Source: an uncultured Actinomycetes bacterium (lineage in GTDB: Bacteria; Actinomycetota; Thermoleophilia; Gaiellales; Gaiellaceae). Taken from it: DNA of 64,000 bases. Below are positions 18,272 through 27,137 of the stretch, one piece after another. The position numbers were made by a program, and so were the translations under genes. The notes under the pieces are model-generated. The model had not been told where the DNA came from and did not search any database. It was given only the letters and a program-made list of their open reading frames with translations. Position 1 is the first letter of the stretch, and every line of letters starts with the position of its first letter. The DNA lies in contig CAWDLU010000002.1 in the NCBI GenBank assembly GCA_963803325.1, positions 154,982 through 218,981 on the forward strand. The letters are read 5' to 3'.

Positions 18272-19150
18272 ATGCGCCGGCAAGCGCCCGTCGTCCTGTC
18301 GAGCGCCGCTCTTGTCGTCGCCGTCCTCGGCGCCACTCCGCTCGGTCGAGCCGCAGGCGAGACCCTGACCGCGGTCGTCCCGTTCGCGAAGACCGCGGGC
18401 AACGCCCAGAAGCTGAACGGCCACCGCTCGGCCCTCTCGGGCGCGCCCGGAACCATCCCGGTGATCGGCGGGAGCGGGAAGCTGCCCGCGACGGTCGGAG
18501 CGGTCGGGCCCGAGGGCGCGCGCGGCCCCCAGGGCGATCGCGGCCCGCAGGGCCCGCCCGGGCCGCCGGGCTCGAACGCCGGCGGCGGCGCTGCGGCCGG
18601 GCCAGCCGGCGGGGCTCTCACAGGCACCTATCCGAACCCTAAGATCGCGTCGAACGCGATCGGCTCCGGAGAGGTGATAAACGACTCGCTTACCGGCGCC
18701 GACGTCGCCGAATCGACGCTCGGCCAGGTTCCCTCCGCACTCGCCGCAGTCCTGGGCGGTCTTGGCCGCCGGTCGGGGAGCAACAGCTGCGACCCGGAGA
18801 GCGCGACCTTCCTGACGTGCGCCGCAGTCGGCCTCAACCTGCCCGTCAGGACGCATGTCCTCCTGATCGGGCAGGTACGCGCCGTCCCCGAGGTCGATGC
18901 GAGCAAGGGGGAGGGCACCTGTCGCCTCGGCACGAGCGTCACCGGCGGCCTCGCCGAGACGCAGACGGTGTTGACCGTGCTCAGACGTGGCGCCGACTTC
19001 GCGTCAGATCAGGGCACGCTGGTCGGTGTGACTCCTCCGCTCGGTCCCGGCTCGGTCTCGTTCGGGATCGACTGCAACCAGAACCCGCACTACGGCGCCG
19101 TCCAGTACTCCTACGCGGGGATCGCCGCGGTGGCGATCTCCCCGAGCTGA
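18272..19150 (+). CDS. Secreted protein with short collagen-like G-X-Y tract
   Basis: ATG 18272 is preceded by GAAGAAGGA. Signal-like 'MRRQAPVVLSSAALVVAVLGATPLG', then the G-X-Y run 'GPEGARGPQGDRGPQGPPGPPG', then a beta-rich C-terminal domain. Confidence 0.6.
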   Translation: MRRQAPVVLSSAALVVAVLGATPLGRAAGETLTAVVPFAKTAGNAQKLNGHRSALSGAPGTIPVIGGSGKLPATVGAVGPEGARGPQGDRGPQGPPGPPGSNAGGGAAAGPAGGALTGTYPNPKIASNAIGSGEVINDSLTGADVAESTLGQVPSALAAVLGGLGRRSGSNSCDPESATFLTCAAVGLNLPVRTHVLLIGQVRAVPEVDASKGEGTCRLGTSVTGGLAETQTVLTVLRRGADFASDQGTLVGVTPPLGPGSVSFGIDCNQNPHYGAVQYSYAGIAAVAISPS

Positions 19151-19151
19151 C

Positions 19152-19430
19152 ATGGCGGAGTTCCTGCTCGAGCTGTACGTCTCGCGGGCCGACCCCGCCG
19201 GGGTCGAGCGGCGCGCCGAGCGGGCGCGTCTGGCGGCCGAGGAGGTGAGCCGGGACGGCACGCCGGTCCGCTACCTGCGGTCGATCTTCGTCCCGGAGGA
19301 CGAGACCTGCTTCCTCATGTACGAGGCCGCCAGGGCGGAGGACGTCGAGGAGGCCGCGCGGCGGGCGTCGTTCCAGTTCGGACGCGCCTCTGCCGCGGTC
19401 GTTGCACCGAAAGGAGAGGAGGGGTTGTGA
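19152..19430 (+). CDS. Small hypothetical protein (alpha+beta, DUF4242-like?)
   Basis: 92-aa ORF with non-biased composition, tightly spaced after the previous gene. Family assignment is tentative. Confidence 0.4.
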   Translation: MAEFLLELYVSRADPAGVERRAERARLAAEEVSRDGTPVRYLRSIFVPEDETCFLMYEAARAEDVEEAARRASFQFGRASAAVVAPKGEEGL

Positions 19431-19456
19431 ACAGTGTCGATCGAGAGGAGAAGGAG

Positions 19457-20398
19457 ATGAGTCAGGAACGCAGGAAGCACATTCGCGCCCGCTTGATCTG
19501 GTCCGTGGCGCTGGCTGCTCTACTGACCGCCGCCGGCGCATCGGCTGCGGGAACCACGGTCGGCGCGGCGAGAGCGGTGGGTTCGGGCGCGACCGACGCA
19601 CCGGTAGCGGGGACGTTCGCCGGCAAGGCCGACGGTGTGGTGGCCGGCGTCGCGGTGGTGGCGGGGAAGCCGGCGGCGGAGGGGCAGGCGCGGACGATCT
19701 CCGTGTACGTCTGCAACGGGACCTCGCTGTCGGTGTGGCTCACCGGCACGACGGACGGCAACACGATCGACCTGCGGTCGGCCGACGGCCGGTTCGGCGT
19801 GCACGTGAGCCTGGCGGCGCAGGCGGCGAGTGGGAAGTTCGGCATTTCCGGCGGGAGCGGGTTCACCTTCGCGGTGCCGCGCGCACTGGGGACCGCCGGG
19901 CTGTTCGACGTGAGCATTCTGGCGAATGGGTTTCTGCGAGGGACGTCGCCCGCCGGGGGGTCGCTGACAGGGCAGGTGGGGACGGCCGGCAAGCTGCCGG
20001 CGAAGGGAACGGTGGTGGCAAGCGCCACCGTCGGCGACCAGAAGGTGAAGCTGCGCGCGCCCGCGCGTCACCTGACGCCCGGCGCGTACCGCTGGATCGT
20101 CCTGTCGAACGGGAAAGTGTGGGGCGCGAGCAAGCGTGGCCCGATTCGGGGCGGGATCGGCGGCTTCGTCCCCTCGACCGGCGGGAAACAGGCCAGGATC
20201 AAGGCCGGCAGCGCGGGACAAAAAGGCTACGACGACAAGAAGTGCGGGGGCCTGGCCGGCCAGTTCAACAAGCTCAACAAGCAGTACGAGGCGGGGATCG
20301 CCTCTGGGAAGGAAACGGCCGCCTCAAAAGCTGCGGGCGTGGCGGCGCAAAAGATCATCGACGAACTGGACGACCACTGCATGGTCATCGCGGAGTAG
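19457..20398 (+). CDS. Secreted hypothetical protein
   Basis: ATG 19457 with GAGGAG upstream. Signal-like 'IRARLIWSVALAALLTAAGASAAG'. No recognisable domain. Confidence 0.5.
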   Translation: MSQERRKHIRARLIWSVALAALLTAAGASAAGTTVGAARAVGSGATDAPVAGTFAGKADGVVAGVAVVAGKPAAEGQARTISVYVCNGTSLSVWLTGTTDGNTIDLRSADGRFGVHVSLAAQAASGKFGISGGSGFTFAVPRALGTAGLFDVSILANGFLRGTSPAGGSLTGQVGTAGKLPAKGTVVASATVGDQKVKLRAPARHLTPGAYRWIVLSNGKVWGASKRGPIRGGIGGFVPSTGGKQARIKAGSAGQKGYDDKKCGGLAGQFNKLNKQYEAGIASGKETAASKAAGVAAQKIIDELDDHCMVIAE

Positions 20399-20474
20399 CC
20401 CGACCCGGACACGGCCTCTGAGCAAAGGAGAGCCTCGGCTGCGCCGGGGCTCTCCGCTTGGTAGAAGTTCGGCC

Positions 20475-21068
20475 GTGGCCTCACCGGCCGGTCTGATCCT
20501 CTCCGACGGCAGCGAACGGCAGCTCGCGGCCGATTTCACGATCGGCCGCGCCGAAGACAACGACCTCGCCATCGAGAAGCCGACGGTGAGCCGGCACCAC
20601 GTGGTCATCTCGTCGGAGGGCGACCGCTGGTTTCTCGAGGATCGCGGCAGCTTCAACGGGACGCTTCTGAACGGCAGCCGGATCCAGGCGGGCGCGAAGG
20701 TGCCGCTCCGCCACGGCGACCGGATCGGGCTCGGCGCCGAGAGCGTCGTCTTCTCCGCCCCCGACTCGCTCGTCGACCCGGAGGTAACGACCGCGCTCCA
20801 GACGGGACCGCCGGGGATGACCCGGCCGCTCTCGCCGTTCCAGCGCCAGGTGGTCGAGGCGCTCTGCTCCGCCTGGCTTGCCGGAGGATCGCTGGACGAG
20901 CTGCCGACGAACGAGGAGATCGCCGCCCGCCTCGGAACGCCCGGCGCCACCGAGACGGTGAAGGCCGCCCTTCGCCGGGCGTACGCGAAGGCGGGTCTGA
21001 CGGATGGCTCGCCGTACGCGAAGCGGCGGGCCCTGTGCAAGATCGCCCGCCAGCGCGGCTGGATCTGA
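20475..21068 (+). CDS. FHA domain protein with C-terminal HTH-like region
   Basis: From GTG 20475: 'FTIGRAEDNDLAIEKPTVSRHHVVISSEGDRWFLEDRGSFNGTLLNG' is a canonical FHA core. The C-terminal 'NEEIAARLGTPGATETVKAALRRAYAKAGL' looks like a sigma-r4/LuxR-type helix-turn-helix. Confidence 0.75.
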   Translation: MASPAGLILSDGSERQLAADFTIGRAEDNDLAIEKPTVSRHHVVISSEGDRWFLEDRGSFNGTLLNGSRIQAGAKVPLRHGDRIGLGAESVVFSAPDSLVDPEVTTALQTGPPGMTRPLSPFQRQVVEALCSAWLAGGSLDELPTNEEIAARLGTPGATETVKAALRRAYAKAGLTDGSPYAKRRALCKIARQRGWI

Positions 21069-21073
21069 ACAGA

Positions 21074-21148
21074 CATGTCAGGGGTCTGACCCCTGCTCTC
21101 TCTTCCGGGCAGGTCCATTTCCGCCAGAGGGGTCAGACCCCTGACATG
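21074..21148. repeat. Intergenic inverted repeat pair built on the palindrome GGGGTCTGACCCC
   Basis: CATGTCAGGGGTCTGACCCCT (21074-21094) and its exact reverse complement AGGGGTCAGACCCCTGACATG (21128-21148). A third GGGGGTCAGACCCCGG copy lies at about 21206-21221, and GGCCGAAACGGCC-type hairpins are adjacent. Confidence 0.7.
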
Positions 21149-21257
21149 GCCGAAACGGCCCGCTGGTGGACGAGGAAGCCAAAGCGGCGCGGGAACGAAC
21201 GCCGCGGGGGTCAGACCCCGGACGCGTCCGTTTCGGCCGCGAGTAGCATCAGCGGCC

Positions 21258-22001
21258 GTGAAGGGTGTTGTCCTGGCCGGTGGCACGGGTTCGCGGCTCC
21301 ATCCGCTGACCCGGATCACGAACAAGCATCTGCTGCCGGTCTACGACCGGCCGATGGTCTCCTACGCGATCGAGGCGCTCGTCCGTGCCGGGATCGTCGA
21401 GCTGATGCTGGTCACCGGCGGCACGCACGCGGGTGAGTTCTTCCGCCTGCTCGGCAACGGCCACGAGTACGGGATCGACAAGCTCCTCTACGCCTACCAG
21501 GAGAAGCCCGGCGGGATCGCCGAGGCGCTCGGGCTCGCGGAGCGCTTCGTCGACCGCGACCGCACCTGCGTGATGCTCGCCGACAACGTGCTCGAGCGGA
21601 CGTTTCGATCGACGGTGGAGCGGTTCTCCGCCCAGCCGCGGGGCGCGCGGATCCTGCTCTCGCACGAACCCGACCCGGAGCACCTTCGTCACCTCGGCGT
21701 CGCCGAGCTCGATGCCGCAGGCCGGATCACGCGGATCGTCGAGAAGCCCGACAAGCCTCCGAGCGAGTACGCGGTCACCGGCGTGTACTTCTACGACGAG
21801 ACCGTGTGGGATCTGCTGCCGACGCTGGAGCCGTCGGGTCGCGGGGAGCTGGAGATCACGGACGTGAACAACTGGTACGTCGAGCAGGGCACGATCGAGC
21901 ACGACGTGCTCGAGGGGTTCTGGGGCGACGCGGGCGAATCGATCGAGGCGTACCACGCCGTCAACGACGTCGTCCGCGCCCGGGGGGCGAACAACGCGTG
22001 A
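21258..22001 (+). CDS. rmlA: Glucose-1-phosphate thymidylyltransferase (short form)
   Basis: 'MKGVVLAGGTGSRLHPLTRITNKHLLPVYDRPM' and 'KPGGIAEAL' are nucleotidyltransferase motifs. Followed by rmlC and rmlD. Confidence 0.85.
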   Translation: MKGVVLAGGTGSRLHPLTRITNKHLLPVYDRPMVSYAIEALVRAGIVELMLVTGGTHAGEFFRLLGNGHEYGIDKLLYAYQEKPGGIAEALGLAERFVDRDRTCVMLADNVLERTFRSTVERFSAQPRGARILLSHEPDPEHLRHLGVAELDAAGRITRIVEKPDKPPSEYAVTGVYFYDETVWDLLPTLEPSGRGELEITDVNNWYVEQGTIEHDVLEGFWGDAGESIEAYHAVNDVVRARGANNA

Positions 22002-22462
22002 TCGACGGCCTGATCAGGATTCCGCTCGAGCGCTACCCGGACAACCGCGGATGGGTGATGGAAGTACGGCGCGAGTCCCTGTTGGGAAAGCGCACCGCAC
22101 AGACGAACGTCTCGTTCTCGCGACAGGGCGTGATCCGCGGCCTTCACTTCCACGAGCGGGGCCAGGACGATCTCTTCTGCTGCCTCACCGGCACCGCGCG
22201 CGTGGTCGTGCTCGACCGCACAACCGGAGAGACGTTCACCGAGGACATCGGCGAGGAGAACCCGGTTGCGGTCTACATCCCCGGCAGGCACGCGCACGGC
22301 TTCGAGGCGCTCACGGATGTGCTCTTCTGCTACCACGTGACCGAGGAGTACGACCCCGCCCACCCCGACGAGCACGGGATCCCGTGGGACGATCCGCGCG
22401 TCGCCCACCTCTGGAGCACGTCATCGCCGATTCTCTCCGTCAGAGATACCCCCGCGTCCTGA
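21998..22462 (+). CDS. rmlC: dTDP-4-dehydrorhamnose 3,5-epimerase
   Basis: GTG 21998 overlaps the rmlA stop (GTGA). 'DNRGW...RGLHFH...HGF...Y' is the cupin epimerase pattern. Confidence 0.85.
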   Translation: MIDGLIRIPLERYPDNRGWVMEVRRESLLGKRTAQTNVSFSRQGVIRGLHFHERGQDDLFCCLTGTARVVVLDRTTGETFTEDIGEENPVAVYIPGRHAHGFEALTDVLFCYHVTEEYDPAHPDEHGIPWDDPRVAHLWSTSSPILSVRDTPAS

Positions 22463-23235
22463 TCACCGGCGCCGGCGGGCAGCTCGGCGCTGCACTGCGT
22501 GAGACGTTCCCCTGGGCCGATGCCCGCAGCCGCGACGAGCTCGACGTCGTCTCGTTGCCGGTGCTCGACCGCGTGCCCGACCTCGTCCTGCACGCAGCCG
22601 CCTGGACCGACGTCGACGGAGCCGAGGCGGATCCCGACGGCGCGCGCCGGGTCAACGTCGAGGGCACGGGCAACGTGATCGCACTGGGCGCACCGGTTCT
22701 CTACTTCTCGACCGACTATGTCTTCGACGGGCGAACGCGCGAGCCGTATCTCGAGACCGACCGGCCGAACCCGGAGTCGGTCTACGGACGGACGAAGCTC
22801 GACGGCGAGCGTGAGCTCCGCGACGGCTGGATCGTCCGCTCCTCGTGGCTCTTCGGCCCGACCGGTCACAACTTCGTTCGGACGATGCTGCGACTCGGCG
22901 CGGAGCGCGACGAGGTCGCGGTCGTCGACGATCAGCGCGGGTGCCCGACCTACGTCGGCCACCTGGCCGAGGCGACCCGCGCCGTGCTCGACCTGCCCTA
23001 CGGCACGTACCACGTCGCCGCCGAGGGCGATTGCACCTGGGCCGAGCTCGCGGAGGCGATCTTCGGGGAGGCCGGTCTACGCACCCGTGTGCGCCGGATC
23101 TCGACCGCCGAGCTCTCGCGACCCGCGCCCCGGCCGGCGTACTCGGTGCTTCGCTCGGAGAACCGGGCGGCGCCGCGACTCCCGCACTGGCGCGACGGCC
23201 TACGTGCCTGTCTCGATCGGCTCCTGCCAGGCTGA
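22384..23235 (+). CDS. rmlD: dTDP-4-dehydrorhamnose reductase
   Basis: 'VLITGAGGQLG', 'HAAAWTDVDGAE', 'STDYVFDG' and 'YGRTKLDGE' are RmlD motifs. The start is uncertain: the nearest in-frame GTG is 22384, and no ATG/GTG lies immediately before VLITGAGG. Confidence 0.8.
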   Translation: MGRSARRPPLEHVIADSLRQRYPRVLITGAGGQLGAALRETFPWADARSRDELDVVSLPVLDRVPDLVLHAAAWTDVDGAEADPDGARRVNVEGTGNVIALGAPVLYFSTDYVFDGRTREPYLETDRPNPESVYGRTKLDGERELRDGWIVRSSWLFGPTGHNFVRTMLRLGAERDEVAVVDDQRGCPTYVGHLAEATRAVLDLPYGTYHVAAEGDCTWAELAEAIFGEAGLRTRVRRISTAELSRPAPRPAYSVLRSENRAAPRLPHWRDGLRACLDRLLPG

Positions 23236-24222
23236 CGCCTCGGCCACGGGGGCCCGCTCCTTCAGCGGCTCCCACCAGGCACGGTGCTCGGCGTACCAGC
23301 TCACCGTCTGCGGCAGGCCCTCCTCGAACGCGATCTCGTCTCGCCAGCCGAGCTCGTTGCGGATCTTCGACGAGTCGAGCAGGTAGCGGCGGTCGTGACC
23401 CGGGCGGTCGGGCACGATCGACTTCAGGTCGTGGGGCTTCCCGAGCGCGTCGAGGACGGCATCGGCGATCTCTTCGACCGACCGCTCGACGCCGGACCCG
23501 ACGTTGTACGTCTCACCGAGTCGTCCACGCCCGAGCACGAGCTCGACGGCGCGGCAATGGTCGTCTACGTGCAGCCACTCGCGCCGGTTCTGCGAAGACT
23601 CGTACAGCGGGAGCGGTGTGTCGTCGAGCGCGTTGGTCGCAAACAGCGGGATCACCTTCTCCGGGAACTGGTACGGCCCGTAGTTGTTCGAGCAGTTCGT
23701 GATCGTCACCGGCAGCCCGTAGGTCTCGTAGTAGGCGCGCACCGCATGGTCGGCGGCCGCCTTCGAGGCGTTGTACGGCGTGCGTGGCCGGTACGGCGCC
23801 TCCTCGGTGAAGACGCCGTCGCTGTCGAGCGGTAGGTCGCCGTAGACCTCGCACGTCGAGACGTGGTGGAATCGCTCCAGACCGATCCGCCGCGCCGACT
23901 CGAGGAGCGTCTGCGTGCCGAGCACGTTCGTCCGGAAGAAGCGACCGGGGTCGACGACCGCGAGCGAGTTGTGGGACTCGGCGGCGAAGTTCACGATCAC
24001 CTCGATCTGCTCGTCTCGCAACGTCCGCTCGGCCAGCTCCGCGTCGCCGATGTCGCCGTGGACGAAGACGATCCGGTCACCGATGTCGTCGAGGTTCTCC
24101 CGGTTGCCCGCGTAGGTGAGCAGGTCGTAGGCGACGATGTGGTCGGTCGGATGCCGCTCGAGCCGGTACCTGACGAAGTTGGAGCCGATGAAGCCGGCCC
24201 CACCCGTGACGAGGATCCGCAT
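23200..24222 (-). CDS. rmlB: dTDP-glucose 4,6-dehydratase
   Basis: From ATG 24222: 'MRILVTGGAGFIGSNFV', 'STCEVYG' and 'YNASKAAADH' match the SDR-extended RmlB signature. The upstream 101 aa of the tracked ORF look non-coding. Confidence 0.9.
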   Translation of the reverse strand: MRILVTGGAGFIGSNFVRYRLERHPTDHIVAYDLLTYAGNRENLDDIGDRIVFVHGDIGDAELAERTLRDEQIEVIVNFAAESHNSLAVVDPGRFFRTNVLGTQTLLESARRIGLERFHHVSTCEVYGDLPLDSDGVFTEEAPYRPRTPYNASKAAADHAVRAYYETYGLPVTITNCSNNYGPYQFPEKVIPLFATNALDDTPLPLYESSQNRREWLHVDDHCRAVELVLGRGRLGETYNVGSGVERSVEEIADAVLDALGKPHDLKSIVPDRPGHDRRYLLDSSKIRNELGWRDEIAFEEGLPQTVSWYAEHRAWWEPLKERAPVAEASAWQEPIETGT

Positions 24223-24315
24223 CGGCCGGAGCGTAGCCGCAGGAGCGGCAAGCGCCGTGAGGAACTCAGCTACCCTGAATCCTCTGCCGGCCCGCCAGCC
24301 GCCCGGCCGCCGCCG

Positions 24316-25680
24316 ATGTCCAGACGCCGTCTTGCGCTCGCGCTCGTTGCCCTGGCCGCCCTGCTCGGCCCCGCCGGCGCGAGCACGCAGGCGGGCCCCG
24401 CCACAGTCACCGTCACATCGTTCGTCTTCAGCGGCCGTGGCTGGGGTCACGGGGTCGGCATGAGTCAGTGGGGGGCATACGGCTACGCGAAACGCGGGGT
24501 CACCTACGACACGATCCTCTCCCACTTCTACCCGGGCACGAAGCTGGCGCCGGCGCCGGTCGCCAGGGTCAGAGCCCTGCTGATCGAGCAGGCGCGCAGC
24601 ATCGTCGTCTCCTCGCCGTCAGCGTTCGGTGTCAGGGACGGGGCCGGAGCGCTGCACCTGCTCGCGGCCGGCAACTACAGGCTCGATGCCGGCCTCGTGC
24701 TGGCGATCGATCCTGACAAGCCGCCCGAGGCCCTCCCGGGCCCACTCACCTTCCTGCCGGGGTCGAGCCCGCTGTGGCTTGCGCATCCGTTCCGCGGGAC
24801 ACTCGTCGTCACCGCGGCAGGGACGAACCTGTCGGTGGTCAACTCGGTGCCCGTGGAGGCATACGTGCGCGGGGTCGTGTCGAGCGAGATGCCGCGCGAC
24901 TGGCCGCTCGAGGCGGTCAAGGCGCAGGCGGTCGCTGCCCGCTCGTTCGCACTCTCGCACCTGCGGGGCGGGGCGTTCGACGTCTACGCCGACACGCGCG
25001 ACCAGGTGTACGGCGGGATCGCGGCCGAGACGCCGGTCGGAGATCAGGCCGTCGCCGGAACGGCGAACCAGGTGCTCGTGTACAAGGGGAAGGTCGCGAC
25101 GACGTTCTTCTTCTCGAGCTCGGGCGGACGGACGGCCGCGATCACGGACGTGTTCACGGGCTCGAAACCGACCCCCTACCTCGTCTCCGTGCCCGACCCT
25201 TACGACACCGCATCGCCGTACCACACGTGGGGCCCCGTGGTCGTCGCCGCGGCGGATGCGAGCCGGAAGCTCGGGATCCCCGGCCTCGCCGGTCTCCGGC
25301 CCCAACCCGCCTCCGGTCGCGCGAAAGCCGTCGTCGTCACCGGCCGGCGCGGGGTGCGCACCGTCGCCGCTGGCGATTTCCGCCGGGCGCTCGGCCTGCG
25401 CTCCACGTGGATCCGCATCGGCGTCCTGTCGCTCGCGCGGCCGGTCGGAACACCGAGTGCCGGCACATCGATCACTCTGACCGGCCGGATCGAGGAGGTC
25501 GGCGGGGTCACGCTCGAACGGCGCGTCGCCGGCTCCTCCGATTGGCAGGTGGGGCAGGCCGTCAGTCCGCAGCCGGACGGGTCGTTCTCGGTTCCGGTGG
25601 CCGTGCCGGCGGCGACGGACTTCCGGTTGACGTCCGGGACGGTGAAGGGCGCCGTTCTGCGCGTTCCCGTCGGGACGTGA
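24316..25680 (+). CDS. SpoIID/LytB domain protein (secreted)
   Basis: ATG 24316, signal peptide 'MSRRRLALALVALAALLGPAGA', 'GRGWGHGVGMSQWGAYG' and 'YLRGVVSSEMP...EAVKAQAVAARSFAL' match the SpoIID amidase-enhancer family. Confidence 0.8.
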   Translation: MSRRRLALALVALAALLGPAGASTQAGPATVTVTSFVFSGRGWGHGVGMSQWGAYGYAKRGVTYDTILSHFYPGTKLAPAPVARVRALLIEQARSIVVSSPSAFGVRDGAGALHLLAAGNYRLDAGLVLAIDPDKPPEALPGPLTFLPGSSPLWLAHPFRGTLVVTAAGTNLSVVNSVPVEAYVRGVVSSEMPRDWPLEAVKAQAVAARSFALSHLRGGAFDVYADTRDQVYGGIAAETPVGDQAVAGTANQVLVYKGKVATTFFFSSSGGRTAAITDVFTGSKPTPYLVSVPDPYDTASPYHTWGPVVVAAADASRKLGIPGLAGLRPQPASGRAKAVVVTGRRGVRTVAAGDFRRALGLRSTWIRIGVLSLARPVGTPSAGTSITLTGRIEEVGGVTLERRVAGSSDWQVGQAVSPQPDGSFSVPVAVPAATDFRLTSGTVKGAVLRVPVGT

Positions 25681-27137
25681 TGAGACCCGTCGCCCTCGCA
25701 CTCGCCGCCGTCGCGTTCGCCCTGCCGGCCGGCGCAGGCGGGAGCGCCAGGTTCGTTCCGAGCGACCCGCTGGCCGCGAAGCAGTGGTACCTGACGTCGA
25801 TCCACGCCTTCGACTACTGGGCCGATCTCCCGACCACTCTGACGCCGGTTCGGATCGGGGTCGTCGATTCGGGCCTCGATCTGGATCACCCCGAGTTCGC
25901 CGACCGGGTCGCGAGTGCCCGAAGCTTCGTCGGCGGTGACATCGCCGATCGCGAGGGTCACGGGACGTTCGTCGCCGGGGTGATCGCAGCTGCGCTCGGC
26001 AACGGGCAGGGGATCGCCGGGATCGCGTTCCCGGCCCAGCTACTCGTCGCCAAGGTCGTGCGAGGCGACGGAACGATCGCCCCCGAGGCCGAGGCGAAGG
26101 CGATCCGGTGGGCGGCCGACAACGGCGCACGCGTGATCAACCTCAGCCTTGGGGGGATTCGCGACCCGCTCGACAAGAACGACGACTCGTACTCGGCGGC
26201 CGAGCAGGATGCGATCGCGTATGCGTACAAGAAGGGGGCGGTCGTCGTCGCCGCGGTCGGGAACTCGGACACGGCGCCGAAGCGCCCCTGGTACTACGCG
26301 AGCTACCCGGCGGCACTCCCACACGTGCTGGGGGTCAGCGCGCTCGCCCAGGACGGCTCGGTGCCCGGGTTCTCCAATCGGGACGCGGTCTACAACGACA
26401 TCTCCGCGCCGGGGACGGGGATCGTCTCGACGCTGCCGCGCGCTCTCACCGCCCAGCGCCCCACCTGCGTCGATCAGGGCTATTCGCTCTGCGGCCCACA
26501 GGAGTTTCGGTCGGCGGAGGGAACCTCGTACGCCTCCGCGCAGGTCTCGGCCGCGGCCGCGCTGCTGATCGCCGCCCGCCCCACTCTCGGCCCCGACCAG
26601 GTCATGGCGCTGCTCGAGCGCAGCGCGACCGACGTCAACGCCGCCACCGGGTGCAGGCAGTGCCCGCTCCTCCGCGATCTCTACAGCGGGTGGGGGGAGC
26701 TGAACGTCAGTGCCGCGCTCAAGGCCCTCGACGGGCCGATTCCTCCTCGCGATCGATACGAGGCAAACGACGACGCCGGGACGAGGGCCTTCACTCTCTG
26801 GGGCCGGTCGAGCCGGATCGCCGCCACGCTCGACTTCTGGGACGACCAGATCGACGTCTACCGCACCCGGCTGCGCAAGGGTCAGACGGTGTCCGTCTCG
26901 TTGCGCGGGCCGGCCCGTACGAACACGAACCTCGTCCTCTGGCAACCGGGCACGATCGAGGTCGAGGGCCTCTCGGCGCAGGTGCAGGCGCGGCGGGTGA
27001 CTCAGTCGGTCCGTGTCGGTCCGAACGAGCACTTCCTGCACCGGGCGACTGCGACCGGTTGGTACTACGTCGAGGTGAAGATGTCGACGCCGAGCTCGGG
27101 CTCGTACACGCTCCTCATCTCGAAGAGCCCGACGTGA
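25680..27137 (+). CDS. Secreted S8 (subtilisin-family) serine peptidase with C-terminal pre-peptidase-like domain
   Basis: ATG 25680 overlaps the spoIID stop. Catalytic triad contexts are 'VVDSGLDLDHPEF' (Asp), 'HGTFVAGVIAA' (His) and 'GTSYASAQVSAAAALL' (Ser). The C-terminal 'YEANDD...DVYRTRLRKGQTVSVSL' is PPC-like. Confidence 0.85.
   Translation: MRPVALALAAVAFALPAGAGGSARFVPSDPLAAKQWYLTSIHAFDYWADLPTTLTPVRIGVVDSGLDLDHPEFADRVASARSFVGGDIADREGHGTFVAGVIAAALGNGQGIAGIAFPAQLLVAKVVRGDGTIAPEAEAKAIRWAADNGARVINLSLGGIRDPLDKNDDSYSAAEQDAIAYAYKKGAVVVAAVGNSDTAPKRPWYYASYPAALPHVLGVSALAQDGSVPGFSNRDAVYNDISAPGTGIVSTLPRALTAQRPTCVDQGYSLCGPQEFRSAEGTSYASAQVSAAAALLIAARPTLGPDQVMALLERSATDVNAATGCRQCPLLRDLYSGWGELNVSAALKALDGPIPPRDRYEANDDAGTRAFTLWGRSSRIAATLDFWDDQIDVYRTRLRKGQTVSVSLRGPARTNTNLVLWQPGTIEVEGLSAQVQARRVTQSVRVGPNEHFLHRATATGWYYVEVKMSTPSSGSYTLLISKSPT

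Noticed and set aside
24223-24525. N-terminal 101-aa extension of the rmlB ORF (tracked start 24525). Similar 5' extensions appear on many tracked ORFs: 23863 for spoIID, 24774 for S8, 26108 for LLM, 28690-30231, 29655-31715, 45017-47008 and 60844-62391.
   Set aside because: The extensions are Arg/Gly/Pro-rich and overlap neighbouring genes. The recognisable family N-termini, for example MRILVTGGAGFIG, start at internal ATG/GTG codons, which often overlap the upstream stop.
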